Shown piece after piece: positions 27,001-38,733 of a DNA stretch of 64,000 bases; position 1 is the stretch's first letter, and every line of letters starts with the position of its first letter. The position numbers and the translations under genes were made by a program. The notes under the pieces were generated by a model. The model worked only from the letters and a program-made list of their open reading frames with translations. It had not been told where the DNA came from and made no database searches. The stretch covers positions 1 through 64,000 of the forward strand of contig NMRA01000073.1 in assembly GCA_002633005.1 (NCBI GenBank), in the 5' to 3' direction. Source of the stretch: Phoronis australis (Eukaryota > Animalia > Phoronida).

Positions 27001-28470
27001 GAGCCTGCGCACTGGAGAAATGTAGAATAGTTTGAGCTTGTACTCAAGCAGTGTAGAACAGCCAGTTTCAGCCTGCTCACTGAAGCAATGTAGAATAGTC
27101 AGTTTCTCTGAAACCTAGAAATCATTTCTAATCTAAGTATGGGACAAGACTCCGCAAACTTTTAATTGTATCACTGAAATTGTTTAAGTTTTCGTATTTT
27201 ATATTTTCTTGCCTACTACAAATCTGCAAAAAATGTGGTGGTCACCTAATTAGGTTTTCCGTTACAGCTGCCTTAACAATGAATGCATGTCTGGCAAATA
27301 GTCGGATACTCTGGCAAAATAAGTGCATCGAGTTTTAGCATTTTGGGTTCCATTTTCCTTTTATGTTTTATTTTGTTTTCTATCAGTGAAATAAGAAAAT
27401 TAGGGGACACCAATTTCGTTTTTCAGGTATTTTAACTCAAACGGAGAATGGGCAATTTGACCTCAAAAGCGCGGCAATTACAAGTTTACGATTACCCCGC
27501 TGCATTTCACTAAATGGCAATTCTGCTAGGTTGTTGAAATTACGAAATAAGTTACAGGGCTGCACTTTAGAGTTGTTATTATTTTCAACTTCCCGTTTCT
27601 AATTTGGGCAAAACTTAAATTTAAAAATTTCGTTTGAATTAAGTCCCAATCATATCTACGCTTGGATTTGCCTATTGCTTAAGTATGATTTCATTAGGAA
27701 ACTTGATGTCGTGTGCTATTATTAACCGCTAACATAACCAAAACTGAGCGCAAAATGAACATTTTTCAAATAGACTAATGTGTTATTTGAAATATATAAA
27801 TAAATCATATTCAAATGTTTAATACGTTACCCAGTCGTAAAACGATTACTTTAAGGCTTTTTGGAAAACTCTGTGGAACCCCTTAAGTGGCCTAATCAAG
27901 TTGTTTTGACAACAGGTGACGCTTTGTTGTCTCTTTCAGTATTGTAACTGTTGTGTCCTTAATAAACCCACGCGTCAGTCATGGAATCGTAGAACTCTAA
28001 GCAGTTCTGTGGTGGATAGGAAACAAACCCTGCGCGGATTGGCTCATGTGGTTACGATAAAATGTGAATTCTTTTACAGCGAACTGGTTTACGGACAGAA
28101 AGAACACAAGAAGAAAATGTATCGAATCATGCAAAAGAACAAAAACGTGCCACCGGAGGAAAATTCCATTCTATTATTGAGCAAACGGTTGGAAGAAATG
28201 ATGAATGAACGATTCCTGACATGGGAGAGGAAAAAGAAATTTTCAAGAGCAGTCAGGAGAGCCTCAATTCTAAATTTAGCCAATGAAGAACAAAACTTAA
28301 ACGAGGCTCCTATTGCCAGTCTGCCTCTACTTAATAGGCTAAACAACGTAGACACAAACGGTGACTCTGACATTCTAGAAGAGGATGACGATGATATGCA
28401 AAAAAGCAAAAAATTCAAGATTTTATTGAGAGGAACTTCTAAATCATCTACAAAACTTGAAATTGAATGA
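14946..28470 (+). CDS. LRRC74A: LRRC74-like leucine-rich-repeat (RI-like) protein with two EF-hands; exons 14946-15065, 16461-16663, 17088-17195, 17941-18084, 18318-18396, 19011-19096, 23610-23804, 24740-24835, 25554-25817, 26617-26702, 28080-28470
   Basis: All junctions are GT-AG and phase-compatible. YLAACKALKVVP..HPIGPVGVKACAIALV matches the LRRC74 N-cap; repeated LxxLDLSxN LRRs; EF loops DEDGSGTLTRQE and DTDGDGEVDFAE. A versus B orthology is not resolvable. Confidence 0.85.
15672..15790 (+). repeat. 5' fragment of the HINE-like family
   Basis: cacatatacataagtggatgcgtatt..catctctgtc..gcgtccgctgctgtatctcctaaac matches 20425-20550. Confidence 0.7.
16461..16663 (+). CDS. LRRC74-like exon (N-cap)
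   Basis: tttcag|..GTT|gtaagt; QAYLAACKALKVVPAMF..GPVGVKACAIALV. Confidence 0.9.
17088..17195 (+). CDS. LRRC74-like exon (LRR)
   Basis: ttttag|..CTT|gtaagt; KNASVKKLDIKGAEMGPKGAVYIADMLQENIFLTEL. Confidence 0.9.
17560..17628. repeat. Tandem duplication, 2 x 33 bp
   Basis: cattgacgttgccacgggtggcacattcctg(t/c)t twice. Confidence 0.9.
17941..18084 (+). CDS. LRRC74-like exon (LRR)
   Basis: ttttag|..GAG|gtacgt; MLAENHLGSEG..VRKLDLSGNNFGEGDA. Confidence 0.9.
18318..18396 (+). CDS. LRRC74-like exon (LRR)
   Basis: tttcag|..TTG|gtaagt; NIHIRQLILNHNNFREKGG. Confidence 0.9.
19011..19096 (+). CDS. LRRC74-like exon (LRR)
   Basis: atgtag|..AAG|gtaaga; NDTLEELDLSWNHLRWKGA. Confidence 0.9.
19290..19900 (+). 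repeat. Copy of the same dispersed DNA-transposon-like family
   Basis: Inverted homology to 12060-12200 and direct homology to 58760-58900. Confidence 0.5.
20412..22415 (+). mobile_element. Non-autonomous Helentron/HINE (DINE-1/pearl-like) element with an internal 451-bp higher-order satellite (3 x ~150 bp)
   Basis: 5' subTIR atgcgcccac within hairpin atgcgcccacatat..atatgtggacgcat; (GTCC)n microsatellite 20463-20495; about 3 copies of a 451-bp unit (20642, 21093, 21544); 3' subTIR gtgggcgcat (22381) followed by hairpin caacgc..gcgttg; T-rich flanks. Confidence 0.8.
22450..22960 (-). mobile_element. LINE RT fragment (minus strand)
   Basis: Reverse strand: KNPGVDGIPIEFF..LFNKILSSGKF..NFRRITLLNV..ENQAGFRK..SAVDNIFTL..FYCAFID. 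Confidence 0.85.
23610..23804 (+). CDS. LRRC74-like exon (LRRs)
   Basis: ENTSLKSVNLSWNGF..NETLLELDLSCNRI..NVTLEKLK, phase 0-0. Confidence 0.9.
24740..24835 (+). CDS. LRRC74-like exon
   Basis: tttcag|..TCG|gtaagt; LCFNPVSSDGAMDIL. Confidence 0.85.
25318..25455. repeat. Perfect tandem duplication, 2 x 69 bp
   Basis: ttggcagcaatcactaagaaact...gaaaatgaaaaat twice. Confidence 0.95.
25554..25817 (+). CDS. LRRC74-like exon (EF-hand 1)
   Basis: DPMIILMECMRLRNLRLVDLFQSLDEDGSGTLTRQEF. Confidence 0.9.
26617..26702 (+). CDS. LRRC74-like exon (EF-hand 2)
   Basis: ttgcag|..GC|gtaagt; IEDLIDRLDTDGDGEVDF. Confidence 0.9.
26962..27105. repeat. Degenerate ~36-bp minisatellite (about 4 units)
   Basis: Variants of tgagcctgcgcactgaagcaatgtagaatagtcagtt. 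Confidence 0.75.
28080..28470 (+). CDS. LRRC74-like terminal exon
   Basis: tttacag| phase 2; (A)ELVYGQKEHKKK... to TGA at 28468-28470. Confidence 0.85.
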
Positions 28471-31425
28471 ATTGTTCAAGAGACTATACAGTTTCTGATA
28501 ACCTTCGTTGTCATGGATATGCAGTTACTTAATGCACGTCAATGTTCTTACCAAGCAGCAAACTCTTGAATTGTTGTTGATGCCTTAATCTGGAGAACTC
28601 AACTATCAAAGATCAAAATTGTCAATCTTTTCGAGTTTATATGTTGTACTTTCACTTTTATCAGCCAAGTTCTCCCAACGAAAGACCTTACCCAAAATCA
28701 GACAAAAACTCAATCCCAGAGCCACATTTATACTTAATAGAAATTGGATGTATCCTGCAAATGTGTCACGTCTGGAAACTACGACGATCTCCGTGATTTG
28801 TTTTACAAAAAAGCATAAATGCTATCAAGTGAATAAAAATGTCTGAGTAATATCGTCGTGTACATATCATATTCCCCCCTCAATCCGCCACTGAGCACAA
28901 TTGAAAAGTGATGAAAATGCGTCAGATCCGCCGTTTTGAAAATAACTTCCGGTTAAGCAGCACTTGATAACAGGTACTCGTATGAAACTAACACATGAAA
29001 ATTTTCGAACCAATTGGTTCTACAATGCGCCCTCTGCAGGACAAAACGTTTACATCCTGAAATCGAGGTGCCAATACACGGGCCGATATTTCCGCCAACT
29101 TTGACCGGAAGTTAATTATTTACGGCACATGTGTAGTGCGCGCCTACTATAATGATCATACAGATTTTCAGGTGTACGTCAAAAATTGCGCGCGGCCCCT
29201 ATCAGTGGCGGATTTGGGGGGGGGCAAGGGGGCCATGGCCCCCTAAAATTCTCCCAGATACCATTTGGCAGTTCGTGGTTCGAATTGCTGACTATATAGG
29301 CTATGCGCGCACCCGCCGGGGGGGCGAATACAATGACAATGCACAGGCCTTGAAGAAACCCTGTTTACCGTTTCTTTTTTAGTAATAAGGTCCACAAATT
29401 ATCCAAAGATTCAAGATCCCTGCATCCCTACATGTTAGGTTGGGCGCGCGCATGTTGCGGAATTCTGGTTACTCCTATGCCCTGGCCTCCCCTCCAACTG
29501 AAAATCCTGGACCCCCTGCCTATGAGCATTTGAATCTGAATTTGAAAACAAAATGGCCGCCACTTTGGCATCTTGAAACCGATCATGACGAATTCAAGCA
29601 AGTCCGGAGCTAGATGTTGTGTGAGAATTTCGTGCAAATCGGCGGGCGAAAAATGCGACCAGTAGACTGATAATTAACAAACAAAGAAAACTTGATGTCA
29701 GGGCAATCAACATGAGCCGAAAGAATTTCGCCAGGTAAAAATATCTATGAAGTGCGAACCTATATAAGGAAGGTTGTCAGTTACATTAGTCAGCTAATAG
29801 AATTAAGTTGTGTAAATGCAGTTGTAAATTCTTGGGGAAGCGCAAATTGTGTACATGGGTGTCATTAGAGCAACATGCTCTTGTGGGTGCTGAGCCCCAC
29901 CTCAAAAAGACACAAGTATGGGTTGGCTGGGTAACACTTCATTTATTTTACAAATCTTATGTCTTCTAGTTTTTGATGGCAGTCCGCTGTTTAAACTGGA
30001 ATATAAAGTTCAAAGCACTAAGTGGTTCAGGTGCTTTGAGATGACCGGTCCTTTACGACACACACCCAGTAACACGCCTCTTTATTTAACAGCTTTGCAT
30101 GGATTTTCAAACGTGTTTCATACTTTTCAAGACCTGCAAAGGGTTGCAAGAGTATTGCTTTGTTGCTAGGAACCAATATGGTTCCTAAGATTTAATGGAC
30201 CAGTGGCAGTTAATGTGTCAGAAGGACTGCTTATATAGACAAAATTTGCATACACGAGATTTCTTATGAGTAAATTTTCTCAGGTGTGTTAAAAGCATGT
30301 TTCCAGGTGTTCACAGGATTTTTAATGAAACCTCCCTTTGGTCTAGCTGCTTTTCAAAAGGGCGGTCTTCACGAGTCGAGATTTTTTCCACATTGCTTAC
30401 ACAACATCGTATAAAATGTTAAAAAAATTCCCTCGCAATACCAAACGCAAAATGTACTTGACTCAAAACCTAACTGAGCGCACTCCCACAGTGAAAAAAT
30501 AAAGTACTTTAAACGTGGCTGGTTATTGATCTCAGAGGAGTAAGGAGTGAAGGTAAGGCTACGGGAGTAAACAATACTTCAGTAGGCAGCCTTATAGATT
30601 GGGTTAATGTTTGCATTTTCACCCGAGAAAAACTGGTGGAAAGGATGCGATCACAAGACTGGTGGAAGCATGTTATGAAAGAAACATTTGAACTTGGGTC
30701 GTACATTTCATGTTATTCTAAGAACTTAAGAGGTTATTTGGTGAATCTCAAGTCCCTGTACCAGACCCTTCACGCTGATCACAAGCAAGCAATCATCATT
30801 TACTGGCTTTCGCATAAGTAGTTTATTGCCCTGTGCAGAACTTGTTTGGAGTGGCCAGGTATGAACGCGCAAATTCTGCACTGCATAGCTGTTTTGTCAT
30901 GTTCAGTCTGGCACATAAACCTAGTCAGTTCATTGTAAAGGGAGATGATGTATATTTTTGGATATTTCAAATTTCTTCCAACTATATTTTTTCCTTTCCA
31001 AAGTGAGAGCAAACCTCTCGTCTCCTCAGACTTGTCAGGAATTTTGAAATGTGAGGGTTACCTTACTTCTTACAACTACTGGACAGACCACAGGTATGTT
31101 TCATGAAAGTGACGTCCATTGATTATTACACACAAAATCATGTTTTTGTACAAGATATGTCATCAGACAGTGTTCAAATACTGATCAGCAAAGAAATCAA
31201 TTGAACCAAGAACATAATGCATTGTAAATAGAAACACATTATTCCTAAGTTCATACCTCAATACTATGATTTCTCTAAATCCCAAAATTAAAAAAATTCA
31301 ACATATTAACCTCAGGATACAATCCTCTAAATAATTTTTTAAACTGTAGTGCAGTTTCGTACCTTACAAATATTTCTTAATGTCAACAAAAAACTACTGA
31401 CAGAATAAATACTTTATAACAAGTA

Positions 31426-31626
31426 CAGTGTTCTCAACAAGATTAACATTGAGCGCATCGGGAATGGCAGAATGCTGTCAACAGCAAAGCTCAGCTAACT
31501 GATTGAGAACCTTATCGTCATAATTGTTAATAATCAGTCAACAATTAAGTATGGGGGTTCAAAATTTGAGCATGATGGTCCCACCTGAGCATGAGAGCTC
31601 AACATTTGAGCATGGTGAGAACACTG
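31426..31626. mobile_element. ~200-bp MITE (TIR cagtgttctca, TA flanks) just downstream of the TRAPPC2 stop
   Basis: ta-cagtgttctca ... tgagaacactg-ta perfect inverted termini. Confidence 0.75.
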
Positions 31627-31875
31627 TAAGTGCTAGCAGACACTATATACACATATAGAACTCAGTGGTTTGAATCATGTGTTGGCTGGCAGACAACAAA
31701 CATTGCACTCATTGTTTCCAATGTGCCCATTCTTAACTTGAATGTATGCATAGGAGAGAATGTGGTGTTCTAAGCCAAAAGTTCTCTTATCTGAAGAGAA
31801 AGACATCCAATCACAAAAGAATTCAACAGTCCAGCGATCACAGAAATTTATTATCTTCAGTCCACAGTCACGTTG

Positions 31876-31974
31876 TCAACCTGTCAAATACTTGCGACCA
31901 AAAAATTGTGCTTTTCTTTCAAAAGCTGGTGACAATACCGGTGTGTTTGGTTCATAGAATGGGTTCATGGCATG
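31876..31974 (-). CDS. TRAPPC2: TRAPPC2 coding exon 3
   Basis: ttgcag|[32 protein letters not shown]. Confidence 0.95.
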   Translation of the reverse strand, partial: HAMNPFYEPNTPVLSPAFERKAQFFGRKYLTG

Positions 31975-34640
31975 CTGCAAATAGAATAACAATGGGTTCA
32001 TGGCATGCAGCATATAAAATAACAATGAATAGTGAGACCTACTAACACAGTAGGGAAGGACAGATAACAGTAGAAATAGCAGACATTGCCCAGACATGTA
32101 ACTGAAATTATCTACATGATTACCAAAATGCAGGTTTTTAATATGCAATACTTGTGAGTCACAAATTCCAGGCACAGGTAAAAGACCTTAAAATATGACA
32201 TTGTGGTGAAATGAAATAATTGATTAAAATGTTTTGGCAAAATTTAATAAATTAAATTAATAATTACTCTGCGCTTACCAGCGTAATATCATGTCATTCT
32301 TGGGTTTTTATATTTTTCTTCTTATTCTTTTCAACCTTTTCTAGAGCTTAATAACTCTCAAATGACTCAACTTTCAAACTTTCCAAGTGCGTTTGAGCCA
32401 TTCATAAATTTTATAAAACATATGTTGGACTCATAATGCACCGGAAGAGGTCAATAGGTGCAAAGGTCATCTAATGTTCAAAATGTTATTTCTCCTACAT
32501 TTTTCAAGGAATTCTTTCCAATTTCACTGTACAGGTGTAAGTCTACATGCCAATCAAATGCATTATTTTTCTAAGCAATCTGTACATTATGCACAGTGAA
32601 CACACCTTAACATAAGTCTCATACATATCAGTGAAGAACATCTTTATCCCGTCTTCGTTCTTGACATCATGAAGCATTATGAGGCGCATGCGTCCTGCTG
32701 TGACAAACGCCGAGACAAACCACTCATTGAACTTGTCTACGATCTTCAGGTACATGTTATTGGATAACCACATCTGTTCGTCCACCAGGTCAAGGGAAGC
32801 ATGTGCGATGAATTGGTTTAAGTGACGATGGTCCTCACGCTGGATAATTTTAAGACATTCATTTCAGTTATAATGCTCAATTCAAACACCTCATGTATAC
32901 AAGGAGTTTCAAAACTTATTAGTGGGTAAAACAGAATGGCTCACCTCTCCTTTATAGTAACCAGATAATTACCTTAATGCAGTGTTATTCATCCACAAAC
33001 ATATAACAAGACGGGCATCGACACAAAAATTATTAAAAACAAAAGCACACGAGCGATCATGCTTTTATCAGGTCCTGAAGTCTGTTATCATCTTATAATT
33101 AATTTACAAACATACAGGTTGTTCATTTGTCAGATTATATATTAACAATTTATGGCTCTAAATCAGTCTCTTTGAAATTTGTTCATTGAAGCCAATTTTA
33201 ATGACTATAATGGTCTCCTCAAAAGGAACACCAGCTATCATAATTCTTCAAGCAGTTTGATGGATAGGGAGGCAGATGACAGAAACAGGCAAAAACAATA
33301 AAAATGGCCACAGGGGACACAGAATATGTTTAATCCATCTGAAACAAGGCAGGTGACATGGTCTCCTTTACAGAAACTTATCCATGAAGATCCAGTGCTT
33401 GATTTGGGGACCTGCAGGGGACCAATGCCACCTAGTAAAAATCCCTTGTTGCCACAAAGTTGCCATGCCACATCCAAATATGCACTCAAACTAATACAAG
33501 CACTAAACACATGGGAAGTAGGAATCATTTGACAAAAACTGGAAGGGCCTGATCCTGTTCCTCTGCCCCAGGAAATAGGATATTGGGCCCAAAAGAGTTA
33601 CAATAGGCTCAACATCAACTGGCCAAATGCAACTGGAAGTGAATAAAGGCCATGGTTAGTCATGCAACTGCAAGTAAACTCAAGACATTAGCATTATAGT
33701 AGATCTCAGCCACCACACTGTTCCAGTACATTTGTTGGTGTTCACATGCTTCTGGAATTTTTTTGGATTTTCAGTCATCCTGTGTATATTATTTACTGCC
33801 TGCCAATGGGATCAAAACAGGACACTTTTCATATTGGTGCTCTCTAAAGTAAACAGAGCACGGAAGTGACTTCTGATTGATCCTGACTCAAATTTGGTAG
33901 ACAGAAATTCAATTATTACACAGTGATTCATAAATATAAAAGCAGAGTAATACATTTCACTGTCAGCTCTTCCTGTTGTATGAATAGTTAAACTTCACTA
34001 ATTTATTTTAGATTTTTGACACCTGCTAGGATCAGCAGTAGCCACTGGCTTTGTTGGAGATACATCTTCACAGTGGGAATTGTATGGAACAGGACATAAT
34101 TGCTCCTCAATTGATATTTCAAAAGGTTTGACTTTATTATAAGGCAGCATCCCACCACACAGCAGTGGCAATTTGCTGTCACTATAATAGCAGGTGTTAA
34201 AACGCTGCTTATACCAGTAGGTTGAAGCCTCCCATTCGCATTACATGGGATCTGAAGTTGGCGCTGAACGTCTACCGAAGACCTGATCACCGTCTTGACG
34301 GGTTACTGAATTTCAATATGGCGCAGCTATTTTGAAAGTCACCTATTAATGTCACAGTCTGAATCACGGTCATAGAGCTCTAGGTTTTAGCAAAAATAAT
34401 GAAATATTCTATAATTATGACACAAGTTTGAAGAAAACAGGGTCAACATTCAAACGAATGACCGTCTAATATTTGGCAATATTACTAATTGACCGTAAAA
34501 CATACAGAGCCCAAGAAAATTACGCATGCAAGTACACACTTTACCTTGGGATCGGCAGGCTTGTTGGGTGGAGAAAATTCCATCTCAAACACTGGGTTGT
34601 CATGATGACCAACCATTGCAAAGTAATAATTCCCTGCCAT
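31876..34640 (-). CDS. TRAPPC2: Trafficking protein particle complex subunit 2 (sedlin), 142 aa; exons 34640-34545, 32839-32606, 31974-31876
   Basis: Spliced protein [84 protein letters not shown], close to recalled sedlin throughout; GT-AG junctions, all phase 0. Confidence 0.97.
32606..32839 (-). CDS. TRAPPC2: TRAPPC2 coding exon 2
   Basis: atccag|[23 protein letters not shown]|gtgtgt. Confidence 0.95.
33230..33390 (-). repeat. Degenerate HINE-family monomer (minus strand) in a TRAPPC2 intron
   Basis: Reverse complement of ttttcagatggatt..gtggccattttta..gtttt. Confidence 0.55.
34545..34640 (-). CDS. TRAPPC2: TRAPPC2 coding exon 1
   Basis: [32 protein letters not shown]|gtaaag; acceptor 11 nt upstream of the ATG (exon starts at 34651). 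Confidence 0.95.
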
Positions 34641-36535
34641 CTCTCACAAATCTGAAAGCAGAAAAATAACAGGCATGTTTCTTGAACACGTTTGTGGGCT
34701 ATGCCCAAAAGTCAGAAATACGAGATCATTCACCAGGCAAAGACAATATTTCAAGCAACAGATCAAGTGTAAACATTAGAAGGCATTTCAAAAAGCAGAC
34801 CTTTGGCAAAGGTAATGAAATACAATAAACTCAAATAAGTTGGCCATGATACGTCGGATTTTCACTAACTCAGACAAATTTTAACTGTTCTAATCCATGC
34901 ACAAGGGCCTTCAGATAAGTTGGGATTTGGTCATACTCAAATGAAATCTGTCAGTCCAGTTCGGTCCAACTAACTATGCAAATTTTGTACTACCTGAACT
35001 GGCACTGTGCATGCAACCTAACTGTGGAATATGAGGTATATTGCCTACATCAGATGGATTCACTTGTCTAACTTAAAGGTTGTGCCTTCACTAAACGAAA
35101 AATACAATAATTATGCACCAATACGAAGTCTGAAAATGAGTGGGGGTGCTTATAGGGGCATGGGGGCTTATTAGGACAAATGTTACGATTTATAAAATAA
35201 TTTTGGCTAAAATGACATCGTACATTACAATAAGAAATCAGTTCCAAGAAATATGGTATTTCTCCTGTTGTGAGCACATGGACCGGTCTTCTGCGGCCTT
35301 TCCCCCCTTTTCTTTGTTTCGGACTAGTCCACAAACTTCCTTTGTGCACGACCACACACTGTGATCTTTTGTCTCGACGAATTGCGTAACGGGTGACATC
35401 TATAGAATCAGAATCGGTAGGATCGCACTGCGCCGATGTTTTTTACTGCCGGAGCATTGACACACTGACTAAATTGAACCTTAAATTCATGAAAAACAGT
35501 ACGAGGAGAAAATTTATTCATGTTTATCTGGGAACAATACAGTGCTTTTGCACTCTGCAAATTCGATCGCCAACTGGGCGACGTCTTCCCGCCCAGCACC
35601 ATTTTTACTCGCATTGGCGACTGGGCAAGTGGCTAAGTATATCCCTGCTTACACTGTACCTTTTTAACTAGCCGGAACAATTTTGTTTTTAAATGCCCTG
35701 CTTAGGCTGGAACAAGATCCTTTCTACTGGAGTCTGAAAATTTTACAACGCGGTCCTGGGAACAAAAAAGTTAGGGGGGATGGGGGGGGGGGGTTATGAA
35801 GAGAGGAATAAAGTTCGCTAACCACAATTTTGCATCTACCTGATAGTTGCAATAACTGGCTATGGGCATAGAACATCGCGTCTAGGGAACATCTATCCGG
35901 GGAAACATTGGAACAGGAAAATATCAGTTCTGGGTTACATCGGTCCTGGGGAATATCGTAAAGCATCAGAGATTTTATTAAGTTCATTGTCAAATAAACC
36001 ATAGGCACCCGAGTGTTTAACAGAGCCAAGTCAATACATTCTTTCATTTAGAACTGTTACTGCGCACATTCGTGTCATATTAAGAAGGCAAAGTGATACT
36101 TAAATTGAAGTGAGATTGTACACGTGATTTGATTGTCTGCACTGATTCACCAAAACAATGCAGTGTTGTTATCAGGTTACATTTTCATGGATGATTTTAT
36201 TGCAAATAGAGGCTGGCAGAGCTGTGTTCTAGCAGCAAATATATCAAAACACACAAGCTACAATGTAGCAACAAGGTGCCCGTGGCCATTACATGGTATA
36301 GTCAGTTTACCGTGGAGCGTGGTGTGGCGAATGCAGAAACACGATGTCCCGAAATTTAGGTTCTCCGAGGATTTACAAATTGAGTTTTTCTAAAATTTTA
36401 TGAGTCAGAACATGAATATGTCTTCTTGTAGTGATTACAAGATATAGTTATGTAACAGAACAATTTCGTAAAGGTAACTCTTTATTTTTTCTAGTAAAAA
36501 AAGTTACAAATTCCAATAAAATATAGTCCGGATAC

Positions 36536-36600
36536 CTATCGTCGTCAGGCTCCAAAGGTCGTCCGCCATCTTGTTTCGCGTGCAGCGCAGCCACCCGGGA
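36536..36600 (-). promoter_or_regulatory. TRAPPC2: Putative TRAPPC2 first (5'UTR/uORF) exon with YY1-type AAGATGGCG motif
   Basis: CpG-enriched patch; minus strand aacAAGATGGCGgac... ending at donor atag|gtatcc (36536). Confidence 0.6.
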
Positions 36601-37847
36601 CTTAGCGTTCCAATTTGGAGTGCTCATCTGCACATTAGGTACTAACCTCTCGGGAGAAACAAGCATGGAAGAACTGAGACTAAAATTAATGCATTTACCG
36701 ACTTTTTTTGAGACCACTTAAAAACTTGTTGATTTTACTAATGCACTTTTTTGTTCATTTTCAGAAGATATTTTCGAAATTAAATTTTCTTCACACGGAA
36801 CAAAAAGCAATTCAGGGATATTCTACGCAATGTATCTATTTGACCCAGGCACTAACCGACACCTGTTAGGCCAAAGGAAAAACGCAGCAGACAAATGGAA
36901 CACGCTGGGTGCTTAACAGTTTCGACCCACGCCTTGGTCATCAAAATATTGTCCAACTTGTTTTTTTATTGCAAAACACAGTACTAAGCTCAACATTTAT
37001 GTTGAAATTTTTGATTAAAGCATTTTGAATTGATCTGAAGAAAATTAAAATACTTGAATTGATAGAGAATGGCCACCAATAAAGTAAAACATTGACTTTA
37101 CTTCACTATATTGCATTGTTGCATACAACACAGCATGACATAACCAAAAATAAAAGAAGAGATTGAGCAATAAAATTCAAATGCGACTTGGGTATTTATT
37201 TATTTATTTATGATTGCAGAAGCCTGTTAAAGATGAGAAAAAATCAAACAATACGATTATGGGTAATTTATTAGAACAATTGTATTGAGGTTCAGTGATC
37301 AACTTGCGCCGACAAAGTCTCAAAGGGTTATAGTTCTGTTCTGGCTGACAAGGTGTTAACAGAGAATGAAGAGAAACTGAAAAGAAAAGGTAAGACAGCA
37401 GAGATAAGTGGTGTTAAGTACAACAAGAGCAAAAAGTCAAATAAAGAGGTCACAAACAGAAAATAACTAAGGTCTATCTGGAATAAAACAATCCAGGGCT
37501 CAGCCGCGATTTATTTTCCAGAACTGAAATTCTAAATCAATTTTAATCGATTTAAAAATCGATATCATACTAGTAAAGCAGTTNNNNNNNNNNNNNNNNN
37601 NNNNNNNNNNNNNNNNNNNNNNNNNNNNNNNNNNNNNNNNNNNNNNNNNNNNNNNNNNNNNNNNNNNNNNNNNNNNNNNNNNNNNNNNNNNNNNNNNNNN
37701 NNNNNNNNNNNNNNNNNNNNNNNNNNNNNNNNNNNNNNNNNNNNNNNNNNNNNNNNNNNNNNNNNNNNNNNNNNNNNNNNNNNNNNNNNNNNNNNNNNNN
37801 NNNNNNNNNNNNNNNNNNNNNNNNNNNNNNNNNNNNNNNNNNNNNNN

Positions 37848-38730
37848 CTTGGCACGCCCCACCGTAGGTGGTTTCCCGCGGCGTGGCCTGCTCTTGCACC
37901 ACGTGCGTTTTACCCGCGTGTCCGGAATAGCCATGTCCATGGGAAGAGCAAACTGACTTGTAATGATTTGGTTTACCGTATTTGAAGCAAGTAATGCCCC
38001 TAGCGGGACATTTCCGTCTGTCCTTACAAAATTTTCCACAGCCCCAGCACGATCCTGGGCCTGCAGGCTTAGCCGAACGAGATTTTGTAAATCTACTTGC
38101 CTGTGGATGTGGTCCTGTCTGTGGGCATTGCCCCCGTTTGTCTTTTATTTTGTTAGTGTCCACCGGAAGCGTCCCCATGGCCTGGGCTTGCAAGGTCACG
38201 GATTCCTGTGTACGTCCGTATGTAAGCAGTCCCTGCAAGGTAATGTTCGGTTCCGTGAGTCCTTTGTTGCGCACCTTGTCCAAACGCGACTTTTGAATCA
38301 GCTGGGATTTGATTTCCCGATCCATGTCTGCAAACTCACAGTATTTAGCAAGGGTACGCAGCCGTGCATAAAACATATCCAACGTTTCCGATGCATCCTG
38401 CGTCGCTTGTCGGAACTGAAACACCTCATGTTCCGTGTTGCGCTTCGGTGCGAAATAATCCGACAGCTTAGTCTGCAAGTCCTGATATGTTTCGTCTGCT
38501 ACCGTAGGTAGCGAATCGTTTATCGCAAACACATCGTCGCCCGCATAATGGAGAAGCGTAGCTTTCTTACGCGGTTCCTGCGTGATGTTTTTCGCCACCA
38601 GAAAATTGTCCAGCCGTTTCAGCCAAAGTTCCCAACGTGTGCTGGCTGATTCACTGGGTTGAACAGCAAACGGTCTCAACGTTAATTCATCCACCGTAAT
38701 CGTGATGTGAAAACCTCCTGAAACTCGCAC
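37848..38730 (-). CDS. Retrotransposon gag-like ORF with degenerate double zinc knuckle
   Basis: RWELWLKRLDNFLVA..KKATLLHYAG..LSDYFAPKRN..FRQATQ..ETLDMFYARLRTLAKYCEF; CWGCG..CPARGITCFKYGKPNHYKSVC (C to Y change in knuckle 2). Confidence 0.85.
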
Positions 38731-38733
38731 TTA

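Noticed and set aside
34644-34646. In-frame TGA upstream of TRAPPC2 as a selenocysteine codon
   Set aside because: Sedlin is not a known selenoprotein, the codon lies outside the conserved domain, and I could not identify a SECIS by eye.
37500-37855. Long ORFs running through X residues (also 52168-52953)
   Set aside because: Artefacts of translating N-gaps.
37963-38511. 182-aa plus-strand ORF
   Set aside because: Antisense shadow of gag; no independent motifs.
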